The position numbers and the translations under genes are program-made. Shown here in pieces: positions 9,392-17,825 of a stretch of DNA of 64,000 bases. This stretch comes from Patescibacteria group bacterium (GTDB taxonomy: Bacteria; Patescibacteriota; Patescibacteriia; JAHJFT01). How positions within the stretch are numbered: the stretch's first letter is position 1; each line of letters opens with the position of its first letter. The DNA is taken from contig JAQTTB010000002.1 in NCBI GenBank assembly GCA_028710985.1, positions 6,888 through 70,887 on the forward strand, in the 5' to 3' direction. Below the pieces are notes generated by a model. It was not told where the DNA came from and did not search any database. It saw only the letters and a program-made list of their open reading frames with translations.

Positions 9392-9824
9392 GCCTAACAC
9401 GGCATATCTGACTTCGCTTAAAAAACAGATAATTTTATTTACTAATATGCTACAATTATGTACGTACCCGCATGGATTTTCTTCGTCATTATGATAGCTA
9501 TGGCAGCTGCAACTATAGTAATTGATGATCACATAAAAAAGCAGAATAACAAACTAGAAGATCGAATTGATGATATCGAAAAAAGAATTAATGGTATTGA
9601 GGATTTTGTTGGTTTAGACGAAACGGCCCTAAAAGTACATAAGGAGTTGAAGATGGAGCAAGAGATGGATGAAATAACAAGGAATTCTTTTAATAAACAA
9701 GCTGGAAGGAATGTAAAATGAACATAGGATTATCTATTTTTTTAGCTCCGCCCATATTCCGCGCACACATTTTAATTAATAAATTGGGAGTGCGCGAAAC
9801 ATCGGATATGCCGAAACGTTATGT
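9392..9824 (+). repeat. attC-like site 5, expanded to 433 bp by an internal ORF
   Basis: GCCTAAC-A-CGGCATATCTGA(9400-9411)...TCGGATATGCCG(9802-9813)-AAAC-GTTATGT. Confidence 0.8.
9458..9721 (+). CDS. hypothetical TM plus coiled-coil protein nested inside attC5
   Basis: 87-aa ORF, N-terminal hydrophobic helix followed by a heptad pattern. Confidence 0.7.
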   Translation: MYVPAWIFFVIMIAMAAATIVIDDHIKKQNNKLEDRIDDIEKRINGIEDFVGLDETALKVHKELKMEQEMDEITRNSFNKQAGRNVK

Positions 9825-9855
9825 GAAGTAATAATAATTCACTATTGCCCTTAAA

Positions 9856-10245
9856 ATGGAAAAAAAGATTAACAAATTCATCTATTGGACGCCGAGAATA
9901 TTATCAATAATGTTCATTTTATTCTTGATGCTGTTTTCTTTGGACATCTTTGACATGGATTTGAATTTTTGTGAAACTCTCGTTGGTCTGTTTATGCATA
10001 ATATCCCCGCATTATTCCTGTTGATCATTTTAATAATTTCCTGGAAATATGAAATTGTCGGAGGAATCGCCTTTATTCTCGCGGGGCTACTCTATATCCT
10101 GTTGCTGGCAATGAATCCCGTATTTGGATGGTATATGCTGTCATGGCCGGTAACAATTTCCGGTCCGGCATTTTTAATAGGAACATTATTTTTGGTTGGC
10201 TGGTTTTTAAAAAGAAAATCCAATAAAAATATTACTAAAATTTAA
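9856..10245 (+). CDS. hypothetical 4-TM membrane protein
   Basis: WTPRIL...FSLD...HNIP pattern; four hydrophobic segments. Confidence 0.8.
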   Translation: MEKKINKFIYWTPRILSIMFILFLMLFSLDIFDMDLNFCETLVGLFMHNIPALFLLIILIISWKYEIVGGIAFILAGLLYILLLAMNPVFGWYMLSWPVTISGPAFLIGTLFLVGWFLKRKSNKNITKI

Positions 10246-10256
10246 CTAAAAAAATT

Positions 10257-10736
10257 ATGAAAAAAACATTTTTTATGTTTGCCGCATGCCTGGGATTTAT
10301 CATAATTTTATCCGGCTGCCAAACTTATTCTCCGGATATATCAACCGAATCACCCGGCATAGAAGACGCCCTTCAGCCGGTCGGCCTGGCAAATCCGGCA
10401 TCGGAAAATTGCGTACAAAAAGGCGGCACCTTGGAAATGCGAACGAACAAAAACGGCGAATACGGAGTTTGCCTTTTTGAAGACAACCGCCAATGCGAAG
10501 AATGGGCGCTTTTCCGCGGCAATTGTCCGGTTGGCGGTTTAAAAATCACGGGCTATGACAACGACGCCGAGATATATTGCGCCATCACCGGCGGACAGGT
10601 TGAAGGCGTGGGAACCGAAACTCCGATGTGCAAAAGAATCGACGGTACATATTGCAACGCCCAATCCAACCTGGATGGCGAATGCCCGGACCCGAATGAT
10701 CCGAATCCCAACGCCGGAAATGTGGAAGCGCCGTAA
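10257..10736 (+). CDS. DUF333-domain lipoprotein
   Basis: lipobox LSGC; LANPASENCVQKGG...CEEWALFRG. Confidence 0.85.
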   Translation: MKKTFFMFAACLGFIIILSGCQTYSPDISTESPGIEDALQPVGLANPASENCVQKGGTLEMRTNKNGEYGVCLFEDNRQCEEWALFRGNCPVGGLKITGYDNDAEIYCAITGGQVEGVGTETPMCKRIDGTYCNAQSNLDGECPDPNDPNPNAGNVEAP

Positions 10737-10746
10737 AAAGATATAA

Positions 10747-11202
10747 ATGAAAAAACCAAAACTGATAAGAATTGATCTGGACAAGCCGATTACCCGGCTT
10801 GTGGGCAAGAGTGATCACAAAACACTGGGAATCTGGGCGGCTGACTGCGCCGAGCGGGTATTGCACTATTTTGAAGAAAAATATCCAAAAGATAATCGTC
10901 CCCAAAAAGCAATCAAGGCGCTCCGAACGTGGGTTAAGACCGGGGTGTTTAAAATGGCGGATATACGCGGATATTCGCTTGCGGCTCACGCGGCCGCCCG
11001 CGAAGTGAAGGAAGATGACGACGCGGCCCGGTCCGCCGCCCGCGCCGCCGGCCAGGCGGTGGCGACCGCGCATGTTCAGACTCACGCGATCGGCGCCGCA
11101 ATCTATGCCGCCACCGCGGTCCGCGACGCGACCGGCTCAATTGATGCCGCGGCCAAGGAACGCGACTGGCAATACCGCCGCCTGCTCAAAATGATAAAAT
11201 AA
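10747..11202 (+). CDS. Imm5-like putative immunity protein
   Basis: WAADCAERVL, DNRP, AAHAAARE, AARAAGQAVATAHV. Confidence 0.8.
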   Translation: MKKPKLIRIDLDKPITRLVGKSDHKTLGIWAADCAERVLHYFEEKYPKDNRPQKAIKALRTWVKTGVFKMADIRGYSLAAHAAAREVKEDDDAARSAARAAGQAVATAHVQTHAIGAAIYAATAVRDATGSIDAAAKERDWQYRRLLKMIK

Positions 11203-11206
11203 ATTT

Positions 11207-11692
11207 ATGGAATTTCTTGACATCGTTGACCAAAACGACAATGTCATCGGCACGGCTTCCCGGAACGAAGTCTACGAAAAATCGCTGTGCCACCGCATCG
11301 CGCATGTTTTAATATTCAACGAAGAAGGAAAAATTGTTTTACAAAAAAGAAGCGATAAAGTATGCTTTTGCCCGGGCCACTGGTCAACCGCGGTCGGCGG
11401 TCATGTGCAAACCGGCGAAACCTATGAGCAAGCCGCTCTGCGCGAATATCAGGAAGAACTAGGGGCGAAAAGCATACTGGAGTTTGTCGGGAAAGACTTA
11501 TATAATGTTCCCCATACTCCCAATAAATTTCTAACCACCTTCAGAACACAGTTCAATGGTCCATTCGATCCGGACGCTGAAGAGGTTTCCGAAGTCGGAA
11601 TGTTCGATATCCAGGAAATACAAACAATGCTCGAGCGCGGAGAAAAATTTCACCCTGAATTAATATTTATTCTAAAAAAGTATTATCTATGA
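11207..11692 (+). CDS. NUDIX hydrolase (Idi-like)
   Basis: GGHVQTGETYEQAALREYQEELG Nudix box. Confidence 0.9.
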   Translation: MEFLDIVDQNDNVIGTASRNEVYEKSLCHRIAHVLIFNEEGKIVLQKRSDKVCFCPGHWSTAVGGHVQTGETYEQAALREYQEELGAKSILEFVGKDLYNVPHTPNKFLTTFRTQFNGPFDPDAEEVSEVGMFDIQEIQTMLERGEKFHPELIFILKKYYL

Positions 11693-12357
11693 AAATACCA
11701 AAAAAGGCAGTAACTATTTCATTAATAATCATCGCGACTATTTTCGCGGTCTTCTTCGTGAGATTTTTCCTCGGCGGGCCGGAAGACAGCTGGATTTGCG
11801 TTAACGGCGAATGGGTTCAGCATGGAGCGCCGAGCATGCCCATGCCGGACGAACCGTGCACTCCTGTCAAAAATACCGCCACTGTAACAATCTCGGACGT
11901 CACGCTCTATCGCGGAACATGGTTTGATATTGAATATCCCAACGGCTTTACTCCAAGCCCGACAACTCCGACCGAAATCCGCGAAGGCGCAACGTACGTA
12001 CAGACCGACGAAGCGCGCTTTGTTTCTCCGGACGGAACGATTGAATTTTTTGTCTTTTCACCGCTGTGGGGCGGAGATCCGGCCGATTATCTGACCATCG
12101 GCCCGGCGGAAGAATTGGTTGATGAAGAAACCCAGGAAAGCGGAGCCGGCGTTGACAGTAAAATCACGCGATGGGTCACCGTAAGGGCAACCGACGGCTC
12201 ATACTACCGTTCATTCGTATCAATCAAAAGCCAGGTGGGAACCGGGAGCGATTTGCATCATGTATTCGGCATAAAATACCGCGACAATGAAACATACGAA
12301 TTGTACCGGGATGCTTATGTTGATTTCAAAAATTCTTTAAATCAGTACTCTGATTAA
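11689..12357 (+). CDS. membrane-anchored exported hypothetical protein
   Basis: N-terminal TM followed by EDSWICVNGEWVQHGAP motif. Confidence 0.8.
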   Translation: MKIPKKAVTISLIIIATIFAVFFVRFFLGGPEDSWICVNGEWVQHGAPSMPMPDEPCTPVKNTATVTISDVTLYRGTWFDIEYPNGFTPSPTTPTEIREGATYVQTDEARFVSPDGTIEFFVFSPLWGGDPADYLTIGPAEELVDEETQESGAGVDSKITRWVTVRATDGSYYRSFVSIKSQVGTGSDLHHVFGIKYRDNETYELYRDAYVDFKNSLNQYSD

Positions 12358-12360
12358 AAT

Positions 12361-13296
12361 ATGAAAAATATTATTGTCACCGGCGCCACCGGACAAATCG
12401 GTTCCGAGCTGGTCATTGAATTAAGAAAAAAGTACGGCGAGCGGCAGGTCGTGGCCGTCGGCCATTCCAAGCCCATGTCCGGAGAATTAGCCAACGGTCC
12501 TTTTGAAACCGTTGATGTCACCGATAAAGCCGCGCTGGAAGAACTGGTGAACAAATACCAGCCGGACGCGATTTTCCACCTGGTCGGAATATTATCCGCC
12601 ACCGGCGAAAAAAATCCCGAACTGGCCTGGAATATCAACATGGGCGGCCTAAAAAATGTTCTGGACATCGCGCGCGACCGCCATATAGAAAAAGTTTTCT
12701 GGCCGAGCTCAATCGCGGCGTTCGGACCGACCACGCCCCGCGACAACACGCCGCAGCATACGGTTCTGGAACCCACTACCATGTACGGCGTGACCAAGGT
12801 CGCCGGAGAGCTTTTATGCCAGTATTATTGGAAAAAGTACGGACTGGACGTCCGGAGCTTGCGCTATCCGGGTTTAATCAGCTATAAAACACCCCCTGGG
12901 GGCGGCACGACCGATTACGCCGTGGCGATCTATTTTGAAGCCATAAAAAACAAGAAATATGAATGCTTTGTCGGGCCGGATACCGTTCTGCCCATGATGT
13001 ATATGCCCGACGCGGTCCGCGCCACTATTGAGCTCATGGAAGCGCCGGCCGAAAATATTAAAGTCCGAACCAGCTATAATTTGACGGCCATGAGTTTTTC
13101 CGCCGAAGAACTTGCCCGGTCGGTTAGCGATTCAATAAAAGACTTCACCTGCACTTATCATCCCGACGAGCGGCAGAAAATCGCGGATTCGTGGCCGCGG
13201 TCAATTGACGACCGCGCGGCCCGGGCGGACTGGGGCTGGAATCATATCTTTGATCTGAAAAAAATGAGCGAAGATATGTTAAAAAATATTCAATAA
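12361..13296 (+). CDS. SDR-type L-threonine 3-dehydrogenase / NAD-dependent epimerase
   Basis: TGATGQIG, LSATGE, PSSIAAFG, YGVTK, GGGTTDYAV. Confidence 0.88.
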   Translation: MKNIIVTGATGQIGSELVIELRKKYGERQVVAVGHSKPMSGELANGPFETVDVTDKAALEELVNKYQPDAIFHLVGILSATGEKNPELAWNINMGGLKNVLDIARDRHIEKVFWPSSIAAFGPTTPRDNTPQHTVLEPTTMYGVTKVAGELLCQYYWKKYGLDVRSLRYPGLISYKTPPGGGTTDYAVAIYFEAIKNKKYECFVGPDTVLPMMYMPDAVRATIELMEAPAENIKVRTSYNLTAMSFSAEELARSVSDSIKDFTCTYHPDERQKIADSWPRSIDDRAARADWGWNHIFDLKKMSEDMLKNIQ

Positions 13297-13298
13297 TC

Positions 13299-14123
13299 AT
13301 GCAGCTAATTGACGGCAAATCATTGGCCAAACAAATTCGCGGGCAGGTTCGCGCGCGGATTTCGGAAAGCGGTATTGCGCCCGGGCTCGCCATAATTCTG
13401 ATCGGCGATAATCCGGCCAGCGCGCTTTATGTTTCTCTCAAAGAAAAAGCCTGCCTTGAAGTCGGCGTCCGTTTCGAAAAATTTATTTACTCGGGGACTG
13501 AATCATCCGAAGAAATCATCGCCAAAATCCGTGAACTTAATGCCCGGCCCGATATCCACGGCATTCTTGTCCAGCTTCCCCTGCCCCCGGCCTACACGAG
13601 CGATGACATCGTGCAGTCCATCGATCCGGCAAAAGACATCGACGGCTTTCATACGGAAAATATTGACGCCCTGGTCCAGGGCAAGCCGCGCATTATTCCG
13701 CCCATTCACCAGGGCATCGTGCGCCTGATTGAATCGACCGGCATTGAGACAACCGGAAAAAAAGCCGCGATTTTTGCGAACAGCGCGGTCTTTGCCCTCC
13801 CGCTCCGCAAACTCCTGGAAGATAAAAAAATCAGCGTCACCGTCGCCCTTCCTCCACTTGAAAACACCGAAATAATTGCCAACGAATCGGATATAATTAT
13901 CGTCGCCGTCGGACGGCCGAAATTTATCAGCTGCGCCGATATCAAAGATAACGCCGTTATTATTGACTGCGGCACCAACAAAATTGACGAAAAATTGTTC
14001 GGCGACGTTGATTCCGAAACCTGCGCGCAAAAAAACGGGTTTATCACACCCGTTCCCGGCGGCGTCGGTCCCATGACCATCGCCATGCTCCTCAATAACC
14101 TTTACGAATTAGCGCGGAAGTAA
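13299..14123 (+). CDS. folD: methylenetetrahydrofolate dehydrogenase/cyclohydrolase
   Basis: IDGK, GILVQLPLP, KDIDGF, TPVPGGVGPMT. Confidence 0.96.
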   Translation: MQLIDGKSLAKQIRGQVRARISESGIAPGLAIILIGDNPASALYVSLKEKACLEVGVRFEKFIYSGTESSEEIIAKIRELNARPDIHGILVQLPLPPAYTSDDIVQSIDPAKDIDGFHTENIDALVQGKPRIIPPIHQGIVRLIESTGIETTGKKAAIFANSAVFALPLRKLLEDKKISVTVALPPLENTEIIANESDIIIVAVGRPKFISCADIKDNAVIIDCGTNKIDEKLFGDVDSETCAQKNGFITPVPGGVGPMTIAMLLNNLYELARK

Positions 14124-15245
14124 TTCATACACAATACCAAGCGCGTACAATATTATAACCGCGACCGGAATCACCATCGGCCACTTCATCACCGCGTGAA
14201 GCGGCTTTTTGTTTTTTCTCAGCCTTAGATACATGAGCACAATTAGAATACCGTTGATACCGCCGAAAATCGCGCCCGTAAATCCGATGATGCTGATAAA
14301 ATTATTCGCGCCGGCTAAAAAAACTATCAGTGGCACGATACTGACCGTAAACCAAGCCAGATATTTATTCATCTTTAAATCAAATGTCAGTGATTCCTTG
14401 AAGTTAACCATCACCACCATCACGCTGGTCGCGATGGCTAAAAACCCGAATATAGCGCCCACGTATTTGATCCAATCGCCCCATTGTCCGGCCAATCCGA
14501 GTATGGCATCCGGCGAGGTTGCGTCGCCGGTAACGCCAACGACCACCATGGTAAACGCCATAACAAGAATCAACGGAATCAGAGTTGAGATAACAATAAC
14601 TAGTCTTAAATTCCCAACATGGCCCTTGAGCACGTCACGAATTTCTGGAATCGCGTCCAGCCCGCTCAGGGCAAAAAGAATCACACCATATGGCAGAAAA
14701 AAATAAATCGGATTAAACGTCGATAAATTAATTAGATCAATATGCGGCGCGCCGTATCCCAAAATAATGGCCATAACCGCGACGAGCAGGGCGGTCATAA
14801 AAATTTCAACCGCTGAAACCAGCCTTAGCCCGTAAAATGTCGCCAGAGCGATCAGCGCGAAAAAAACTATTTGATACTGAAAGACCGTTCCGCCGAATAA
14901 TCCGCCAAAAATCGCGTGCATAAACGAGCCGCCGATGATAATATAAGCAACCAACGAACCGACCATGCCGAGAATCACGGAAAAATATGCCGCCCGCTTG
15001 CCCCAACGGCCCAAATATACAGAAGCCGCACCAATAAGACGATGTTTCTCGCGTAAATTTACCACCACGTCCGCGTAGAACAGGTGCGTAGCCAAAAGAC
15101 CGGCGCCAATCACGGTAAGATAAGCAATTCCGATGCCAAACCCGACCCTTGACACCACATAGGGCACACCAAAAATACCGGCGCCGATAATCAGACCGAA
15201 CATGGTTGAAATCGCTTTGATAATTGATTTTTGCCCCTCTTTCAT
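14109..15245 (-). CDS. aromatic amino acid transporter family permease
   Basis: IIGAGIFGVPY and ~11 TM segments; start reset to MKEGQ, 7 nt after TATAAT. Confidence 0.85.
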   Translation of the reverse strand: MKEGQKSIIKAISTMFGLIIGAGIFGVPYVVSRVGFGIGIAYLTVIGAGLLATHLFYADVVVNLREKHRLIGAASVYLGRWGKRAAYFSVILGMVGSLVAYIIIGGSFMHAIFGGLFGGTVFQYQIVFFALIALATFYGLRLVSAVEIFMTALLVAVMAIILGYGAPHIDLINLSTFNPIYFFLPYGVILFALSGLDAIPEIRDVLKGHVGNLRLVIVISTLIPLILVMAFTMVVVGVTGDATSPDAILGLAGQWGDWIKYVGAIFGFLAIATSVMVVMVNFKESLTFDLKMNKYLAWFTVSIVPLIVFLAGANNFISIIGFTGAIFGGINGILIVLMYLRLRKNKKPLHAVMKWPMVIPVAVIILYALGIVYELLPR

Positions 15246-15351
15246 AGTCGTAATTATACCACTTGAACCTGTATATAAAAAGTTAATAATTAACATCAAA
15301 ATCCCCTTGCCAAATATGTCCGGCTTAAGGTAATATGAGTAGACAAAACAT

Positions 15352-16818
15352 ATGACAGAGAAAAATATTTTAGACAAGATTCCGCCTCAAAACCTCGAAG
15401 CTGAAATCTCGCTTCTCGGGGCACTTCTTTTGGATAAAGACGCCATGATCCGCATTGCCGATCTTATCCGATCCGATGATTTTTATAAAGACGCCCACGC
15501 GAAAATATTTGACGCAATGTTACATCTCTATTCCAAGCGCGATCCAATTGATATTTTGAGTCTGGTAAACCGGCTTTCCGAGACCAATTTGCTTGAATCT
15601 ATCGGCGGACGGACCTACCTCATGGAACTTGCCAACGCCGTCCCCAGCTCTTCCCATGTCCTGCATTACGCCCAAATAATTCAGAAAAAGGCCACCCTGC
15701 GGCGCCTGATTACTGCGGCCTCGGACATTGTTTCCCTTGGCTTTGAAGAAGCCGAGGATGTCGAGATGCTTCTCGACCGGGCCGAACAAAAGCTGTTCGG
15801 TGTTTCTCAAAAATATCTCCGACAGGCATTCGTTCCAATCAAGGATGTGCTCACCGAAGCGTTTGAACGCATTGACGAACTGCACCGGGAAAAAGGAAAA
15901 CTCCGCGGTATCCCTACCGGCTTTCATGAATTGGATGATTTGCTCGCCGGCCTGCAGAAATCTGACCTGGTTGTGCTGGCCGCCCGCCCGAGCGTTGGCA
16001 AAACCAGCTTGGCTCTTGATATCGCGCGCCATGTTGCCTGCAGATCAAAAATCCCGACCGGCATCTTCAGCCTTGAAATGTCAAAAGAACAATTAGTTGA
16101 TCGGCTCATCTGTGCCGAAGCCGGCGTGGACCTCTGGAAAATGCGCACCGGCCGCCTCTCCGACCGCGACGGCCAGGATGATTTTCCGCGCATCGGACAT
16201 GCCCTGGGCGTGCTCTCCGAAGCCCCGATCTTTATTGATGACACCGCCATGGCCAACATCATGGAAATCCGCACCAAGGCCCGCCGCCTGCAAATTGAAC
16301 ACAATCTCGGCCTGATCATCATTGATTATCTCCAGCTCATGGAATCAAGGCTGACCAACGAAAACCGCGTGCAGGAAGTCGCAGAAATCACCCGCGCGCT
16401 AAAAGGCATTGCACGCGAACTCAATGTTCCGGTCATCGCGATCTCCCAACTGTCTCGCGCCGTGGAAATGAGCAAACCCGCAATCCCCAAACTCTCTCAC
16501 TTGCGCGAATCCGGTTCAATTGAACAGGATGCTGACGTAGTCATGTTTATTTACCGCAAGGCCGCGGATAAAAACTACCGTCTTGAAGATATCGCCCCCG
16601 AAGAGCGCCATCTCGCCGAAATCCACATTGCCAAGCACCGCAACGGCCCGACTGGTCTGATTCGGCTTTTCTTTGACGAAACGCGCGCCAGCTTCCGCAC
16701 TCTTGAGCGCCGTCCGGCAATTGCCCAGCCGCCAGTTCAACCAGTAACCGCGCCGGCCGCACCGCTCCAACCGGCTCAAGCGGTTCAACCGCCTTCAGCT
16801 CCGGAAATTCCATTTTAA
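15352..16818 (+). CDS. dnaB: replicative DNA helicase
   Basis: PPQNLEAE, AARPSVGKT, IDYLQL, LRESGSIEQDAD, KHRNGP. Confidence 0.98.
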   Translation: MTEKNILDKIPPQNLEAEISLLGALLLDKDAMIRIADLIRSDDFYKDAHAKIFDAMLHLYSKRDPIDILSLVNRLSETNLLESIGGRTYLMELANAVPSSSHVLHYAQIIQKKATLRRLITAASDIVSLGFEEAEDVEMLLDRAEQKLFGVSQKYLRQAFVPIKDVLTEAFERIDELHREKGKLRGIPTGFHELDDLLAGLQKSDLVVLAARPSVGKTSLALDIARHVACRSKIPTGIFSLEMSKEQLVDRLICAEAGVDLWKMRTGRLSDRDGQDDFPRIGHALGVLSEAPIFIDDTAMANIMEIRTKARRLQIEHNLGLIIIDYLQLMESRLTNENRVQEVAEITRALKGIARELNVPVIAISQLSRAVEMSKPAIPKLSHLRESGSIEQDADVVMFIYRKAADKNYRLEDIAPEERHLAEIHIAKHRNGPTGLIRLFFDETRASFRTLERRPAIAQPPVQPVTAPAAPLQPAQAVQPPSAPEIPF

Positions 16819-16821
16819 AAT

Positions 16822-17424
16822 ATGAACAACCTACCCGATCCCATGCATAATCTGATTGCCTGGTTCAATCGTTTGCCCGGCGTGGGCCCAAAAACCTCTC
16901 TACGGTTTGTCTACTCCCTGCTCAAACGTCCAAAATCAGATCTGGAGCAGTTTGCCCGCGCACTGACCGACCTGCAGTCGCACATCAAGGTCTGTTCACG
17001 CTGCCAGACGTACACGCTCAAGGATCCGTGCGCTATCTGCGCCAATCCGAACCGCGACACCTCCCTGCTCTGCATTGTTTCCGAACCGCGCGACGTCCAG
17101 GCGATTGAAAATACCGGCGAATACCGCGGCCATTACTTTGTCCTTGGCGGATTGATTAATCCGATTGAGGGCATCACGCCACAGGAGCTGCGTTTTAACG
17201 AACTGGAGCAGCGTCTCGCTAATTCCCCGGCGGTCAAAGAAATTATCCTTGCCTTCAACCCCGACATCCAGGGCGAAACCACCACTCTCCATATTTCAAG
17301 AATACTAAAAAAATACCCTGCTCGGGTTACGCGTCTGGCGCGCGGATTACCGGTCGGCTCAGAGCTTGAATACGCCGACGAAATCACCTTGACTGACGCA
17401 ATCAAAGGCCGGCGAGAAATATAA
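16822..17424 (+). CDS. recR: recombination mediator RecR
   Basis: LPGVGPKT HhH, C4 zinc finger, TRLARGLPVG...EYAD. Confidence 0.97.
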   Translation: MNNLPDPMHNLIAWFNRLPGVGPKTSLRFVYSLLKRPKSDLEQFARALTDLQSHIKVCSRCQTYTLKDPCAICANPNRDTSLLCIVSEPRDVQAIENTGEYRGHYFVLGGLINPIEGITPQELRFNELEQRLANSPAVKEIILAFNPDIQGETTTLHISRILKKYPARVTRLARGLPVGSELEYADEITLTDAIKGRREI

Positions 17425-17455
17425 AAACACCCCGGTACGATCGGGGTGTTTTTTA
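17422..17455. terminator. bidirectional terminator recR/rplU
   Basis: AAAAACACCCCG...CGGGGTGTTTTT. Confidence 0.75.
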
Positions 17456-17457
17456 AT

Positions 17458-17772
17458 TTATTTGATTGACACGATTTCCAGCTTGGTGTACGGCTGGCGA
17501 TGACCGAATTCTTTTCGGTATCGTATTTTAGGCTTGTATTTGATAACCCGAATTTTGTCCGCCCTTCCCTGCTCCAGAACCTTGGCTTCAACCGACGCGC
17601 CCTTAACCAGCGGATCACCGATTTTTATATCCGCGCCGTTTTCATCGGCAATCAGCAAGACTTCCTTAATTTCAATTGTTTTTCCGGCCTCAACGTCCAA
17701 TTTTTCAACCTTGAGTACGCTTCCGGGCTTGATTTTATATTGTTTTCCACCGGTTTTAATAATCGCAATCAT
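17458..17772 (-). CDS. rplU: 50S ribosomal protein L21
   Basis: AIIKTGGKQY...GHRQPYT; start reset to MIAII. Confidence 0.97.
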   Translation of the reverse strand: MIAIIKTGGKQYKIKPGSVLKVEKLDVEAGKTIEIKEVLLIADENGADIKIGDPLVKGASVEAKVLEQGRADKIRVIKYKPKIRYRKEFGHRQPYTKLEIVSIK

Positions 17773-17825
17773 ATTCTTGATAATAATTTTTAATGAAAAT
17801 ATTTTATCATAGTCGGCCCATCGCG

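Larger units (their letters stand above)
2368..9824. mobile_element. integron-like element: recombinase, attI-like site, five cassettes and five attC-like sites
   Basis: each cassette begins GTTnnnn and ends with the complementary nnnnAAC followed by a palindromic site; cargo is mostly AT-rich. Confidence 0.88.

Noticed and set aside
6646-9824. CRISPR array
   Set aside because: Repeats are degenerate palindromes separated by gene-sized inserts; no identical repeats with short spacers and no cas genes.
10225-10250. Sixth attC after the 9856-10245 ORF
   Set aside because: Only a weak TATTACT..TTTAAC resemblance to an R'' end; no inner stem, linker or GTT follows.
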